Shown piece after piece: positions 19,237 to 29,614 of a DNA stretch of 64,000 nucleotides (position 1 is its first letter; each line of letters begins with the position of its first letter). Origin of the DNA: an uncultured delta proteobacterium (lineage in GTDB: Bacteria; Desulfobacterota; Desulfobaccia; Desulfobaccales; 0-14-0-80-60-11); the NCBI GenBank assembly GCA_963812015.1, contig CAWETI010000002.1:544001-608000 (forward strand), read 5' to 3'. The translations under genes were made by a program, and so were the position numbers. The notes under the pieces are model-generated. The model was not told where the DNA came from and did no database searches. It saw only the letters and a program-made list of their open reading frames with translations.

Positions 19237-20815
19237 AAACGACCAATGGCGCTAATAATTCCATGGGAGGAATAAAGCGGTGATACAGAGGGTCGGGTTG
19301 ATTGCCGAAAACCTCGTCTTGGCCCGGCAGGATCACCGGCCGATAATCGTTCCCCTGCGAGAGGAGTTGCCTGATCAGTATCTCGGGTTCATTGAGGTCA
19401 TAATGGCGATTCCAGCGAGTGTCCCAACGCAGGACCATCCAGTCCGGGGGCCAGGTGAGGAGGGTTTGCCCTTCAAGACCCCCTAAGACCTTGAAGGAAG
19501 TATAAAACTGCAGGGGGAGATCACCGTAAGTCGTCAAAATAGTATCTCCCGGCTGAGCGTGAGTCTGAAAGAACTGAATAAGGTTTGCATTCACATCCGG
19601 ATAGGGCGAGCTCAATTCGGTGAGGTAAAGTTTTAAGGGGAAGTTGGGATAGATAAGCATATGCGGGTCATTGTGAATCGGGCGGTTTATCAGCCCCAAC
19701 CAACCCATGGGCAGCACGCAGAGCCAGTTGGTACCCAGCAGGAAAACCGCCAGGAGGGCGCCGGAAAATTTGTGATAGCGCCAGGCCCGGCAAACGATCC
19801 ACCCCAGGACTATGGCGCACAAAGGATAAAGGTGAACCAAATAGCGAAATTCACCCTGGGGGGCGGGAGTCAAAATCAAGATGTTGCCGAGCATCACCAA
19901 GCCCAGGAACAAGATATATCTTTCTTGAGGGGCTTCCGAAAGGCCTGAGCGGCTCCAGAGCATCCGTCCCCATCGCCACGCCAGGTATAAGGCCAGTGGC
20001 AGGGGGAACATAAATTGAAAAAAATCACCAAAATAGGTTACCAGATTAGCATGAATTGCCCCCAAGCTCACCATCGTGGCCTGCTGCTGGAGGCGAAACA
20101 AAAAACACCCCGGGAAAATGATGATTCCCGTGCCGATGATCAGTTTTAAGCTTCTGGCCAACGGCATGTCGGCGTGGTAAAGCAAAACCGCGGCCAGAAA
20201 AGCGGGACCGGTAAAACTGAGGAAGAGGAGATAATTCGTATAGAACAATAATCCCAAGGAGCAACACAATAAGAGAGCCGGCCCCGTTTTGGCTTGCCAG
20301 TCTGCCTTAAAGGCATAAAGACTCAGCAGGGTGAATAAAGCCCCCAAGCTGTAATAGCGGCATTGGCGGGCATACAGGAGAAAGGGCACGGAACAGGTTA
20401 ACAGGGCCGCGGCCACCCAGGCCCAGGCGCGGTCGCCAAAATTATGGCGCACCAACCGATAGACCAGGAAAATACACGCCAGGCCCAGCACCGCAAAGGG
20501 GAGACGGCCGGCGTAGGTGGTGAGACCGCCCAGGCGAAACGCGGCCGCGGCCACATAAATTTGCAGCCAGGGGGACCAGCGCCATAAAAAGTTTTCGTCA
20601 AACTCGTGCCCCTGTTCCTGGGAGATGATATTGGTCCCGTCATACGCCTGGGGCACGCCATATTTTAAGACATTTTTGGCCAAGCCGGCGGTCTCGGCTT
20701 CATCCTGCCAGAAAGGCCGGTGGTCCAGGTGAAACAGCAGGAGAAAGGCCCCCAGGGCCAAAATCAGGATGAGGGGGTAATATGATTGATACACCCGGTT
20801 GGAGGACTCAGCCAT
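19193..20815 (-). CDS. GT-C fold glycosyltransferase (ArnT/PMT-like)
   Basis: FWQDEAE after TM1, AGRLPF and ARQCRYY motifs; multi-TM. Confidence 0.8.
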   Translation of the reverse strand: MAESSNRVYQSYYPLILILALGAFLLLFHLDHRPFWQDEAETAGLAKNVLKYGVPQAYDGTNIISQEQGHEFDENFLWRWSPWLQIYVAAAAFRLGGLTTYAGRLPFAVLGLACIFLVYRLVRHNFGDRAWAWVAAALLTCSVPFLLYARQCRYYSLGALFTLLSLYAFKADWQAKTGPALLLCCSLGLLFYTNYLLFLSFTGPAFLAAVLLYHADMPLARSLKLIIGTGIIIFPGCFLFRLQQQATMVSLGAIHANLVTYFGDFFQFMFPLPLALYLAWRWGRMLWSRSGLSEAPQERYILFLGLVMLGNILILTPAPQGEFRYLVHLYPLCAIVLGWIVCRAWRYHKFSGALLAVFLLGTNWLCVLPMGWLGLINRPIHNDPHMLIYPNFPLKLYLTELSSPYPDVNANLIQFFQTHAQPGDTILTTYGDLPLQFYTSFKVLGGLEGQTLLTWPPDWMVLRWDTRWNRHYDLNEPEILIRQLLSQGNDYRPVILPGQDEVFGNQPDPLYHRFIPPMELLAPLVVYEKNGKNPPARHTP

Positions 20816-20973
20816 AACTTTTATCTTGGGGGGTACCAGGGAGGCGGTCTTTACACTAGGCGCATAAAGAACGGGTGCTGAAGCAAGACCGCTTCATCTT
20901 AAGTCATTCCCCGTGAGATTTCCACTTTTTTTAAAGAACCAGGCAAGCATTGGCCCGGCTTTGCTTGGCTGCG

Positions 20974-21381
20974 CTATTTGGACAACAGCCAGGCGGCCGC
21001 CAACGCCAGGGCGAGGCCGGCCAGATGGCGCAGGGTCAAGGCCTCCTGGAGGAAAATCCGGCTCAAGACCACGGCGACAGCCGGATAGAGGGCCGTGAGG
21101 GGCACCACCAGCGTGGCCGGGCCCCGGGCCAGGGCTTCGTAGAAAAAGAGCAGGGCCACGGCCATGGCAATACCGGAACCCAAAGCGGCCCCGACTCCCC
21201 AGGGTTGCCAGGCAACCGCCCCCAACCCCCCCACCAGGATATAGACCGCCACGAGCAGGTGCCCGGAAATGGCCAAGAGATAGACCACCTGGGAGGGCAG
21301 GTGCTGGGAGGCCACCTTGCCCAAAAAGGCCCACACGCCCCACAGTCCCAAAGCCACTAAGGAAAAGCCCAGCCAGTTCAT
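20974..21381 (-). CDS. EamA/DMT family small transporter
   Basis: WGVWAFLGK, VVPLTALYP...FLQE; five TM helices. Confidence 0.85.
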   Translation of the reverse strand: MNWLGFSLVALGLWGVWAFLGKVASQHLPSQVVYLLAISGHLLVAVYILVGGLGAVAWQPWGVGAALGSGIAMAVALLFFYEALARGPATLVVPLTALYPAVAVVLSRIFLQEALTLRHLAGLALALAAAWLLSK

Positions 21382-21512
21382 ATCCTCGCCCCCGGTCTTG
21401 CCAGCTAACGGTCTTTCATCTAATATACGAAAGTACGCCACGGTACAAGGATCAACTGCTTTTTGCCCCGATTCCGCCTCCACAGGAGCGCAGCCCCCGG
21501 CACGGGTGGACC

Positions 21513-22694
21513 ATGACCTGTCCTTCGGCCAGTCGCGAGATCGTCATCATCGGCGCCGGCCCGGCCGGGGCCACCCTGGCTTACGCCCTGCTTCAGGGGG
21601 GGGTGAAGCCCCTGGTCCTCGATCAGGCGGCTTTTCCCCGGGTCAAAGTCTGTGCCGGGGGCCTGACGGTCAAAGCCCTCAAGTTCCTGCCTCCGGATCT
21701 GGGCGCAATCCTGGAAAATGAGATCCGCCGGGTGCATTTGAGCTTCAACCTGGACGGCGCCTTCACCAAAGCCTCGCCTCAGGTTCTGCTCTATACCGTG
21801 GCGCGGCAACGGTTCGACGCCTTCCTGATGGAACGGGTGCGGCAAGCCGGGGGGGACTTCGGGGACGGGGAACGGGTCGAGCACATAACTCCGGGACCGG
21901 GAGACTTCTCCACCATTGTCACCTCCAGGCGGCTGATTAAGGCTCGGGTGGTGGTGGGAGCCGACGGCGCCCGGAGCCTGGTGGCGAGATGCAGCGGCTT
22001 GCAGCCGGTGGAGTTCTGGCACCTGGGGCTCCAGGTGGAAATCCCCCGGCAGCTGGTAAAAACCATCGACCCGGAGTTTTCCCGGACGATCTTTTTGGAC
22101 CTGGGCACCATGGCCGACGGCTATGGCTGGGGCTTTCCCCGGGGCGAGACCCTGGTCATCGGGGTGGGGGGCCCAATCCACCAGGGGCGGCAGCTCAAGC
22201 GGTATCATGCCCGTCTGCTGTCTCGCCTGGGCCTGGGGGACCAGGCCTTCCCCCTGGCGGCCCACCTCATCCCCCACCGGGTGACCCCCCGGCCAATCAT
22301 GAGGGGCCGGGTCCTCCTGGTGGGGGACGCCGCCGGCCTGGCGGATTACTGGACCGGGGAAGGGATCTTTTCGGCTTTACAAAGCGCCGACCTGGCGGCC
22401 CGGCAGATCCTCAGGTTTTTCCGGGGGGAGGCGGGGGCGCTCCCCGAATACCAGGCCAGGGTAGACCGGGAGATAACCCCGGGGCTGAGGGCCTCCTACC
22501 AATTTTCCAAGCTCTGCAACTACCTGGGCTCACTGGCCTTCAGATGCCTGGAGCACTATGATTATCCCTGGGAAGCATTCTGCCGCGTCATGCGGGGCGA
22601 CCGCTCCCTGTTGGAGGTCAAAAAAGGCTTCCGACCGGATATCTTAATCCGCAAACTCCTGGTAAAATCAGCTAGAAACCGAACGATCACCTGA
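21513..22694 (+). CDS. Geranylgeranyl-reductase family flavoprotein
   Basis: IIGAGPAG, FPRVKVCAGG, VGADGARS, GYGWGFP and LVGDAAG...TGEGI motifs. Confidence 0.88.
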   Translation: MTCPSASREIVIIGAGPAGATLAYALLQGGVKPLVLDQAAFPRVKVCAGGLTVKALKFLPPDLGAILENEIRRVHLSFNLDGAFTKASPQVLLYTVARQRFDAFLMERVRQAGGDFGDGERVEHITPGPGDFSTIVTSRRLIKARVVVGADGARSLVARCSGLQPVEFWHLGLQVEIPRQLVKTIDPEFSRTIFLDLGTMADGYGWGFPRGETLVIGVGGPIHQGRQLKRYHARLLSRLGLGDQAFPLAAHLIPHRVTPRPIMRGRVLLVGDAAGLADYWTGEGIFSALQSADLAARQILRFFRGEAGALPEYQARVDREITPGLRASYQFSKLCNYLGSLAFRCLEHYDYPWEAFCRVMRGDRSLLEVKKGFRPDILIRKLLVKSARNRTIT

Positions 22695-22706
22695 AGAAAG
22701 GCAGCT

Positions 22707-23393
22707 ATGGCAGATATCATCGGGCACCGGGGAGCCCCGGCCTATGAGCCGGAAAACACCCTGCGCTCGTTCAGGCGAGCCCTGGCCATGGGAGTGGCCG
22801 CCGTGGAGTTGGACGTCCAGCTCACCAAAGATGGCCGGCTGGCCGTAATCCACGACGAGACCCTGGACCGGACCACCAACGGCAAAGGGCTGGTCAAGAA
22901 TTGCACCCTGGCGGAAATGCAGCGCCTCGATGCCGGCCGGGGAGAGCCGATCCCTTCTCTGGAAGAAGTCTTTGACCTGGTGCAGGGCAAAGCCCGCCTG
23001 ATGGTGGAATTGAAACAAACCGAGGCGGCCCCGGCCCTGCTGGAGTTTTTTCGCCAGCACCAGGCCTTCGACGCCGCCCGCGTCATCTCCTTCTGGCACC
23101 CGGCCGTCAAAGCCCTCAAGGAACAAGAGCCGCGCCTCGACACCGGCGTCCTCATGGTGGGATGCCCGGCGGACCCGGTGGGCCTGGCCCAAGCCGCCCG
23201 GGCCGACACCCTGGTCCTGAATTATCGTTACGTCAACCGGGAACTGGTGGACGCCGCCTGCCGGCAGGATATTAAGGTCATCGTCTGGAATATCGACGAT
23301 CCAGGCATCCTGAAGCCCTACCTGGCCATGAACCTGTACGCCATTTGCACCAACCGGCCCCAAGAGATTATCAATTATGTGAACAGTCATTGA
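22707..23393 (+). CDS. Glycerophosphodiester phosphodiesterase
   Basis: IGHRGA...PENTL, ELDVQLTKDG and HDETLDRTT motifs. Confidence 0.93.
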   Translation: MADIIGHRGAPAYEPENTLRSFRRALAMGVAAVELDVQLTKDGRLAVIHDETLDRTTNGKGLVKNCTLAEMQRLDAGRGEPIPSLEEVFDLVQGKARLMVELKQTEAAPALLEFFRQHQAFDAARVISFWHPAVKALKEQEPRLDTGVLMVGCPADPVGLAQAARADTLVLNYRYVNRELVDAACRQDIKVIVWNIDDPGILKPYLAMNLYAICTNRPQEIINYVNSH

Positions 23394-23442
23394 AAAAGTC
23401 GGCGGGGCGAGCCTCCGGGCCCGCCATTGCAAACGAAAAATT

Positions 23443-26130
23443 ATGGAAGCAACCCCACAAACCTTGACCGGCCAATTCGCGGTGGTGTTTCGGGAGGCTG
23501 CCGATGCAGTGGCCCTCAATTACCGGGAAGGGGACACGATACGGGAGTACTCCTACGGCCAACTTTACCGGCGCAGCCTGGTTGTGGCCGGGTGGCTTCA
23601 GGCCCAAGGGGTGGAAAGGGGGGAGCGGGTGGCCATTCTCCTGGAGAACCGGCCCCAGTGGCCCCTGAGCTATTTCGGCGCGCTGTTGGCGGGTGCGGTG
23701 GCAGTCCCCCTGGATCCGGCCTCTCGCTGGGACCATATTCATTACGCCCTGGATCAGACCCGGGCCAAGATCATCTTCACCTTTCCCAAGGCCCCCCTCC
23801 CCCAGTTGCAGCAGCTGCCGTTCCTGGAAAAGGTCGTGGTGGTGGGCGAAACTGGAGAATCAGGCAGTAAAATCATCAAGTTCGCCGAAGTCTTGCAATC
23901 ATCCGGGAGTGAGGCAAGTCTTCCCGGGATGCGCCCCGAGGACCTGGCCTCCATCATCTATACCTCCGGCACCACCGGGATTCCCAAAGGGGTGATGCTC
24001 ACGCACCGGAATTTTTATGCCAATTACCGGGGAATCCTTAAATTAAACGTCATCCGGCCGGATGACAATTTTCTCTCCATCCTCCCCTTGCACCATGCTT
24101 TTCCTTTTACTGCCACGCTACTGCTGCCCCTTTTTTCCCGGGTGAAAATCACCTATCTGGATACCTTGAAGGCCGAAGCCATCTTAAAGTGCATCAAAGA
24201 GCAGAAGATCACCATCCTGGTGGTCACCCCCCAGGTTCTCCAGCATTTTTATCAAGGGATGCAGCGGCAGTTGGAGCTCATCCCCTGGCCATGGCGGCCT
24301 CTGCTCCTGGCCTATCTCAATCTTTCCTGGCGGTTGTCCGAATTTCTGGGAGTAAATCCCGCCAGGCCCCTCCTCCAGAAATTCCGCAGTGTCCTGGGGG
24401 AGCAGTTTCGCTTTTTTGTCAGTGGTGGGGCAAAACTGCCCGAGTCCCTGGGGGAGAATCTGGCCCGGTTGGGATTTACGGTGCTGGAAGGCTACGGCCT
24501 CACGGAGACCGCGCCGGTGGTTTCCTTCAATCCTCCGGAAGCCCCCCGCTTGGGGTCTGCGGGTCGGTGTCTTCCGGGGGTGGAAGTCATGATTCTCCAC
24601 CCGGACGCGACCGGCGTCGGCGAGGTCCTCATCCGGGGCGACAACCTCATGGCCGGGTATTTCCAAAATGAGGCCGCCACCCGGGAAGCCCTCGAAGACG
24701 GTTGGTTCCACAGCGGCGATCTGGGTTATTTCGACCGGGACGGTTACCTTTACATCCAGGGACGGATCAAGGATATTATCGTCCTCGCCTCAGGCAAGAA
24801 AGTATCCGCCGAGGAGGTGGGCCAGCACTACCTGAAGGCTCCTTCCCTCAAAGAGATTTTCGTAACCGCCGACGACCGCGCCGAAAAGCTGGCCGCATTG
24901 GTGGTGCCGGATCTGGATTTTTTCCGGAAAACCGGGGAAACGGATATTTATGACAAGGTGAAGTGGGACCTGGAGATGCTGTCTCAAGACCTGGAGCCCT
25001 ATGAGCGGGTGCGGGATGTTGTCCTGATCAACGAAGAGCTGCCCAAGACTCGTTTAGGAAAGGTCAAGATCCACGAGGCCCAGCGCCTCTACCGGGAGCG
25101 GGCCGGCCGACGGTACGACCGGAGAAAGCCGGCCGTGGAAGAAGGGTTGTCTCCGGTGGGCGAGACCGTGGTGGCGGTTTTGGCCCGCCAGCTTGGGGAC
25201 GTCCGCATCTTCCTGGACGACCATTTGGCGTTGGATTTGGGTCTGGATTCTCTGGGGCTGGTGGAACTGCTGGCAGCCCTGGAAAGTCAGTTCAACCTCA
25301 AGATCCGGGACGAAGACTTTACCGGAATTTTCACGGTCAGAGAGCTCATCGGCCTTATCGAAGCGAAAAATCCTGAAGCAGCAAAGGAGCCTGAAGAAGA
25401 AATGGCGGCTTGGAGCAGCATGCTGATGACCGATCCGCGTCCGGACTTGCTCCGGCGCCTCGGTATGGAAGGAGGGTTCACAGCCCGGATGGCCACCCAG
25501 GGGCTGGCGTCGGCATTAGGTTCCTGGTTTAAATGGATGTTCGACCTCAAGGTGTATGGCCGGGAGAGGCTAACGGACCAGGGGTATATCCTCTGCTCCA
25601 ACCACGCCAGCTTTTTGGATGGCTTCATCTTGGCTTATGCGGTCCCCGGCCCCCTGCGCCACCGCCTGTTTTCCCTGGGATACAGCGGGTATTTCGACGT
25701 GCCGGTGCTTCGAGACCTCCTCAAACTTATTCGGGTAATCCCGGTAGACTCAGCCCGGAATGTGGTGGCGGCCATGCAGGTGTCGTCGTATATTCTCAGG
25801 AATGGCCGGCTCCTGTCCATCTTCCCCGAAGGCTTCCGAACCCCCTCCGGGGAGGTGGGCCAATTTAAGAAGGGCGTAGCCATCCTGGCCAAGGAACTGG
25901 AGGTGAAGCTGGTCCCGGTTTATATTCAAGGCTCCTATGAAGCCTGGCCGCCGGGGGCAACCCTGCCCCGCCCCCGTCCCATCCAAGTGATTTTCGGGCG
26001 GGAGCATGCCTGGAAGGAGCTTAAAGACCGGGGCCTGGAGGTTGCCCCGGACGCGGCGGACTATGACGCCATCCGACTGGGCCTGCGGGAGGAAGTATTG
26101 AGGCTTAAAGAGGTCTTAGGGGGAAAATAG
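23443..26130 (+). CDS. Acyl-CoA/acyl-ACP synthetase - ACP - lysophospholipid acyltransferase fusion
   Basis: YTSGTTGIPKG, GYGLTET, WFHSGDLG (adenylation); LGLDSL (phosphopantetheine site); NHASFLD and IFPEG (LPLAT). Confidence 0.9.
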   Translation: MEATPQTLTGQFAVVFREAADAVALNYREGDTIREYSYGQLYRRSLVVAGWLQAQGVERGERVAILLENRPQWPLSYFGALLAGAVAVPLDPASRWDHIHYALDQTRAKIIFTFPKAPLPQLQQLPFLEKVVVVGETGESGSKIIKFAEVLQSSGSEASLPGMRPEDLASIIYTSGTTGIPKGVMLTHRNFYANYRGILKLNVIRPDDNFLSILPLHHAFPFTATLLLPLFSRVKITYLDTLKAEAILKCIKEQKITILVVTPQVLQHFYQGMQRQLELIPWPWRPLLLAYLNLSWRLSEFLGVNPARPLLQKFRSVLGEQFRFFVSGGAKLPESLGENLARLGFTVLEGYGLTETAPVVSFNPPEAPRLGSAGRCLPGVEVMILHPDATGVGEVLIRGDNLMAGYFQNEAATREALEDGWFHSGDLGYFDRDGYLYIQGRIKDIIVLASGKKVSAEEVGQHYLKAPSLKEIFVTADDRAEKLAALVVPDLDFFRKTGETDIYDKVKWDLEMLSQDLEPYERVRDVVLINEELPKTRLGKVKIHEAQRLYRERAGRRYDRRKPAVEEGLSPVGETVVAVLARQLGDVRIFLDDHLALDLGLDSLGLVELLAALESQFNLKIRDEDFTGIFTVRELIGLIEAKNPEAAKEPEEEMAAWSSMLMTDPRPDLLRRLGMEGGFTARMATQGLASALGSWFKWMFDLKVYGRERLTDQGYILCSNHASFLDGFILAYAVPGPLRHRLFSLGYSGYFDVPVLRDLLKLIRVIPVDSARNVVAAMQVSSYILRNGRLLSIFPEGFRTPSGEVGQFKKGVAILAKELEVKLVPVYIQGSYEAWPPGATLPRPRPIQVIFGREHAWKELKDRGLEVAPDAADYDAIRLGLREEVLRLKEVLGGK

Positions 26131-26229
26131 GTTCCATATCGGCAGACTTGAGATAGAATTATTGAGGCAAGGGCCGGGGCGGGTGCCCCTGGCTCTTTCC
26201 CCACGACAATCCTCCCGAAGGGATTAACC

Positions 26230-28149
26230 ATGGCAAAAACGATAGTTGAGCAAGTGATGGCGGCGCATCTGGTGTCCGGGGAGTTGGCCCCCGGGGCCGA
26301 AGTGGCGCTCAAGATTGACCACACCTTGACCCAGGATGCCACCGGCACGTTGGCCTATCTGGAGTTCGAGGCCATGGGGGTGGAGAGGGCCCGGCCCGAG
26401 GTGGCGGTGAGTTATGTGGACCACAACCTGCCCCAGACGGATTTTCGCAACGCCGACGACCACCGGTTTCTGAGGACGGTGGCGGCCCGCTACGGCCTCT
26501 ATTTTTCGCCGCCGGGCAACGGCATCAGCCACCAGGTGCACCTGGAGCGGTTCAGCGCTCCGGGTAAGACCTTGCTGGGGTCCGACAGCCACACGCCCAC
26601 GGCCGGGGGCGCCGGGATGCTGGCCTTTGGGGCCGGGGGTCTGGACGTGGCCCTGGCGTTGGCCGGGCAGCCCTTCTATCTGGTCATGCCCGAGATCCTG
26701 GGGGTTCGCCTGACGGGACGGTTCCGGCCCTGGGTGTCGGCCAAGGACGTCATCCTGGAGTTGCTGCGCCGCCTGACGGTCAAAGGGGGGCGGGGCAAGA
26801 TCCTGGAATTCTTCGGCCCGGCCCTGCGCTATCTCAGCGTACCCGAACGGGCGGCCATCACTAACATGGGGGCGGAACTGGGGGCCACCACCTCCATCTT
26901 CCCGGCGGATGCCCAGACCCATAAGTTCCTGAAAATGCAGGGGCGGGAGGTGGATTTTCGGCCCCTCGAGGCCCAGGGGCGCCCGGATTACGCCGAAGTG
27001 CAGGAGGTGAACCTGGATACGCTGGTGTCCCTCACGGCCCAGCCCAGTTCCCCGGACCGGGTGGCGCCGGTCAAAGACCTGGCGGGCACCCCGGTGGAAC
27101 AGGTGCTCATCGGCTCCTGCGCCAACTCGTCTTTTCGGGATTTAATGATCGCCTCCCGGGCCTTGCGGGGCCGGCGGGTGCATCCCCGGGTGAGCCTGGA
27201 GATCAACCCGGGGTCCCGGCAGGTCCTGGAAAACCTCATCCTGGCCGGGGGCCTGCTGCCGCTTCTGGAAGCCGGGGCCCGGGTGATGCCGCCGGGCTGT
27301 TGGGGGTGCATCGGCATGGGCCAGGCCCCGCCCACCGAGGCCGTGAGCGTGCGCACCTTTCCCCGGAACTTCCCGGGGCGGAGCGGCACCAAGGACGACC
27401 GGGTGTATCTGGCCAGCCCCGAAACCGCGGTGGCCGCGGCCATCTTCGGGGAACTGCGGGACCCCCGGGACCTGGGGAATTACCCCCGGGTAGGCGGGCC
27501 CCGGCTTTTTGTGGCGAACGGGAGCAACATCATCCCGCCGCCGCCCAAAGGGGAGGCCGGGGAAGTGATCCGGGGCCCCAACATCGTGCCCTTTCCCCAC
27601 CTGACGCCCCTGGCCGAGACCTGGCGTGGAGAAGTGTGGCTCAAAGTGGGGGATAATGTCACCACCGACGATATCATGCCGGCGGGCAGCCAGATTCTGC
27701 CGTTGCGCAGCAACCTGCCGGCCATCAGCCAGTACGCCTTCACCCGCCTGGACCCGGAATTTCCCCAGCGGGTGGCGGGCCGGGGGGAAGGCGCGGTGGT
27801 GGGCGGGGAGAACTACGGCCAGGGGTCGTCCCGGGAGCACGCCGCCCTGGCGCCCCGGTACCTGGGGGTGAGGGTCAAACTGGTGAAAAGCTTTGCCCGC
27901 ATCCACCTGGCCAACCTGATCAATTTCGGCATTTTGCCCCTGACCTTTGAGAATCCCGGGGATTACGATCTCCTGGCCCAGGGGCAAACCCTGGAATTGC
28001 CCGGGGTGCGCCAGCGGCTTTTGGACGGGGCGGAACGCCTGCCCCTGAAGGTGGGTGGTAAAGAAATCTGGGTGCGGGTGGACCTGTCGGCGCGGCAGCG
28101 CCGCCTCCTGGCGGTGGGCGGGGCGTTGAATCTGGCCAGAGAGGCGTAG
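26230..28149 (+). CDS. Aconitate hydratase (short AcnA-like type)
   Basis: TQDATG, DHN, GSDSHT, three Fe-S Cys (IGSCAN, GCWGCIG), TTDDI and NYGQGSSRE. Confidence 0.92.
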   Translation: MAKTIVEQVMAAHLVSGELAPGAEVALKIDHTLTQDATGTLAYLEFEAMGVERARPEVAVSYVDHNLPQTDFRNADDHRFLRTVAARYGLYFSPPGNGISHQVHLERFSAPGKTLLGSDSHTPTAGGAGMLAFGAGGLDVALALAGQPFYLVMPEILGVRLTGRFRPWVSAKDVILELLRRLTVKGGRGKILEFFGPALRYLSVPERAAITNMGAELGATTSIFPADAQTHKFLKMQGREVDFRPLEAQGRPDYAEVQEVNLDTLVSLTAQPSSPDRVAPVKDLAGTPVEQVLIGSCANSSFRDLMIASRALRGRRVHPRVSLEINPGSRQVLENLILAGGLLPLLEAGARVMPPGCWGCIGMGQAPPTEAVSVRTFPRNFPGRSGTKDDRVYLASPETAVAAAIFGELRDPRDLGNYPRVGGPRLFVANGSNIIPPPPKGEAGEVIRGPNIVPFPHLTPLAETWRGEVWLKVGDNVTTDDIMPAGSQILPLRSNLPAISQYAFTRLDPEFPQRVAGRGEGAVVGGENYGQGSSREHAALAPRYLGVRVKLVKSFARIHLANLINFGILPLTFENPGDYDLLAQGQTLELPGVRQRLLDGAERLPLKVGGKEIWVRVDLSARQRRLLAVGGALNLAREA

Positions 28150-28160
28150 GGTAGGGCCGC

Positions 28161-28187
28161 GTAGGGGCGACTCGGCGGGTCGCCCCT
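28161..28187 (+). repeat. GTAG-REP palindrome, family C
   Basis: GTAGGGGCGACTCGGCGGGTCGCCCCT; near-identical to 46467-46493. Confidence 0.85.
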
Positions 28188-28273
28188 CCTCCCCTCCCAG
28201 CCCCCCATAAAGTGCGAGAGGGGCTGTCGAGCGCCGACTATCTCCCATTGACCCCGTTGAGAGAGGTAAGGTT

Positions 28274-28900
28274 ATGGGCATCTTAAGGTCTTGGTTTAAA
28301 TCAAAACCACCCCCCGAGGAGCCGACCTACGAGATTGTCGAACGGCGCCTGTCCATCGACGAGCGCCATTACCAGGTGCGGATCATCAAGGCAGGGCGGG
28401 AATTCTTTGCCGAGGACCTCTTCCAGACGGCGAAAAAACCCGTGGATCTTAATTTCAGCAGGTTTTTTCCGCTCAATGAACACCCGCCGAAACCGCATTT
28501 CGCTCCCTCCTTGCAGGAGGCGGTGGATTGGTTCACCGGCCGGAAACTCCCCAAAGACGGCTATAACAACATTTGGTGGGGAGACCAGGCTATCTATGAG
28601 TGTGGCCTCTGCCAGGGCAGGCGGGCCGTGCCTTTACGGATTACCAAGGTGGAGCGCCTGGCGGTGGATAGGGCGATTCCCACGCACCTGGAAATCGTCG
28701 GCTGGCGGGTGGTGGAGGTGGAATCGGAGTTGACGGGCAAGGGGATACCCTCCCGGAGATTAGTGCAGCTTAAGCTTAAACCGATAATCATATGGCATCA
28801 GGCGCCCAACCACTACCTGTGCCGGAGTTGCGCCCAGAAGTTGACGGACGCGGGACGGCCGCCGGACCCAGCCGAATATTTTATCTTTGAGACGGAGTAA
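28274..28900 (+). CDS. Hypothetical protein with two widely spaced CxxC motifs
   Basis: GAGG RBS-like sequence upstream; 208 aa; CGLC and CRSC. Confidence 0.7.
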   Translation: MGILRSWFKSKPPPEEPTYEIVERRLSIDERHYQVRIIKAGREFFAEDLFQTAKKPVDLNFSRFFPLNEHPPKPHFAPSLQEAVDWFTGRKLPKDGYNNIWWGDQAIYECGLCQGRRAVPLRITKVERLAVDRAIPTHLEIVGWRVVEVESELTGKGIPSRRLVQLKLKPIIIWHQAPNHYLCRSCAQKLTDAGRPPDPAEYFIFETE

Positions 28901-29042
28901 AGGTTGGGCCAGGGGGGACCAGAGGCTATCCCCAAAAATCCGGATGGCGGGGCGGCTGCCTCTGACCGCCACCCTTAAAATTGCCTGAATCGACGGTATG
29001 AGTAGTCGTGGCGGTAATCAGGGGGCCAGGGTCTCAAGGAAT

Positions 29043-29081
29043 CGAAGGGGATCATTGGGGCAAACCCCGTGATCCCCTTCG
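29043..29081. terminator. Strong hairpin between convergent genes
   Basis: CGAAGGGGATCA-TTGGGGCAAACCCCG-TGATCCCCTTCG; no clear U-tract. Confidence 0.5.
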
Positions 29082-29125
29082 GGCTTAAGGCACTTAAGGA
29101 AAAAGATCAGGACTAACGGTGAAGC

Positions 29126-29614
29126 TTAACCTACTCCGGGCACCGTGAAATAGACTTCTTTCAATAGAGGCGGCTTGAATTCTAAGGTCCTGAACAACAA
29201 TACCGGGACGGTGGCGTGGGAGGCGACTTTGTCTGCCACGCCGCCCATGTACCAGGCCACTTCGCCGGCGCCGTGCGTCCCTAAAACGATAAGGTCATAG
29301 CCTTTGTCTTGGGCAAAAGCGATGATTTCCCGAGCCGGCACCCCATCCTGGCAGGCCCAGTCGGCGTCCAGGCCCTGGTCCTTCAGGTCGTTGCCGGCCT
29401 TGGCCAGGAAGGTGTCGCAGAATTTCTGCTCTTGGGCTGCTTCCGCTTTGATGGTGCCAGGGGTGCCTTCCCCGGCGAAAGCGCCGACGCCGCTGTAGCA
29501 GGCGTGGAAAAGGGTTACCTTGGCCTTGAAGGTTTTGGCCAGTTCCACTACTTTGGGGAGAACTTTCGCCGCAATTTCCGAGCCATCCAGAGGAACCAAC
29601 ATCTTTTTAAACAT
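29126..29614 (-). CDS. Universal stress protein
   Basis: MFKKMLVPLDGS, DLIVLGTHG and GGVADKVASHATVPVLL. Confidence 0.92.
   Translation of the reverse strand: MFKKMLVPLDGSEIAAKVLPKVVELAKTFKAKVTLFHACYSGVGAFAGEGTPGTIKAEAAQEQKFCDTFLAKAGNDLKDQGLDADWACQDGVPAREIIAFAQDKGYDLIVLGTHGAGEVAWYMGGVADKVASHATVPVLLFRTLEFKPPLLKEVYFTVPGVG

Noticed and set aside
29043..29081. GGCAAACC hairpin as a c-di-GMP-I riboswitch
   Set aside because: It lacks the second stem and tetraloop receptor, and lies between two convergent 3' ends.
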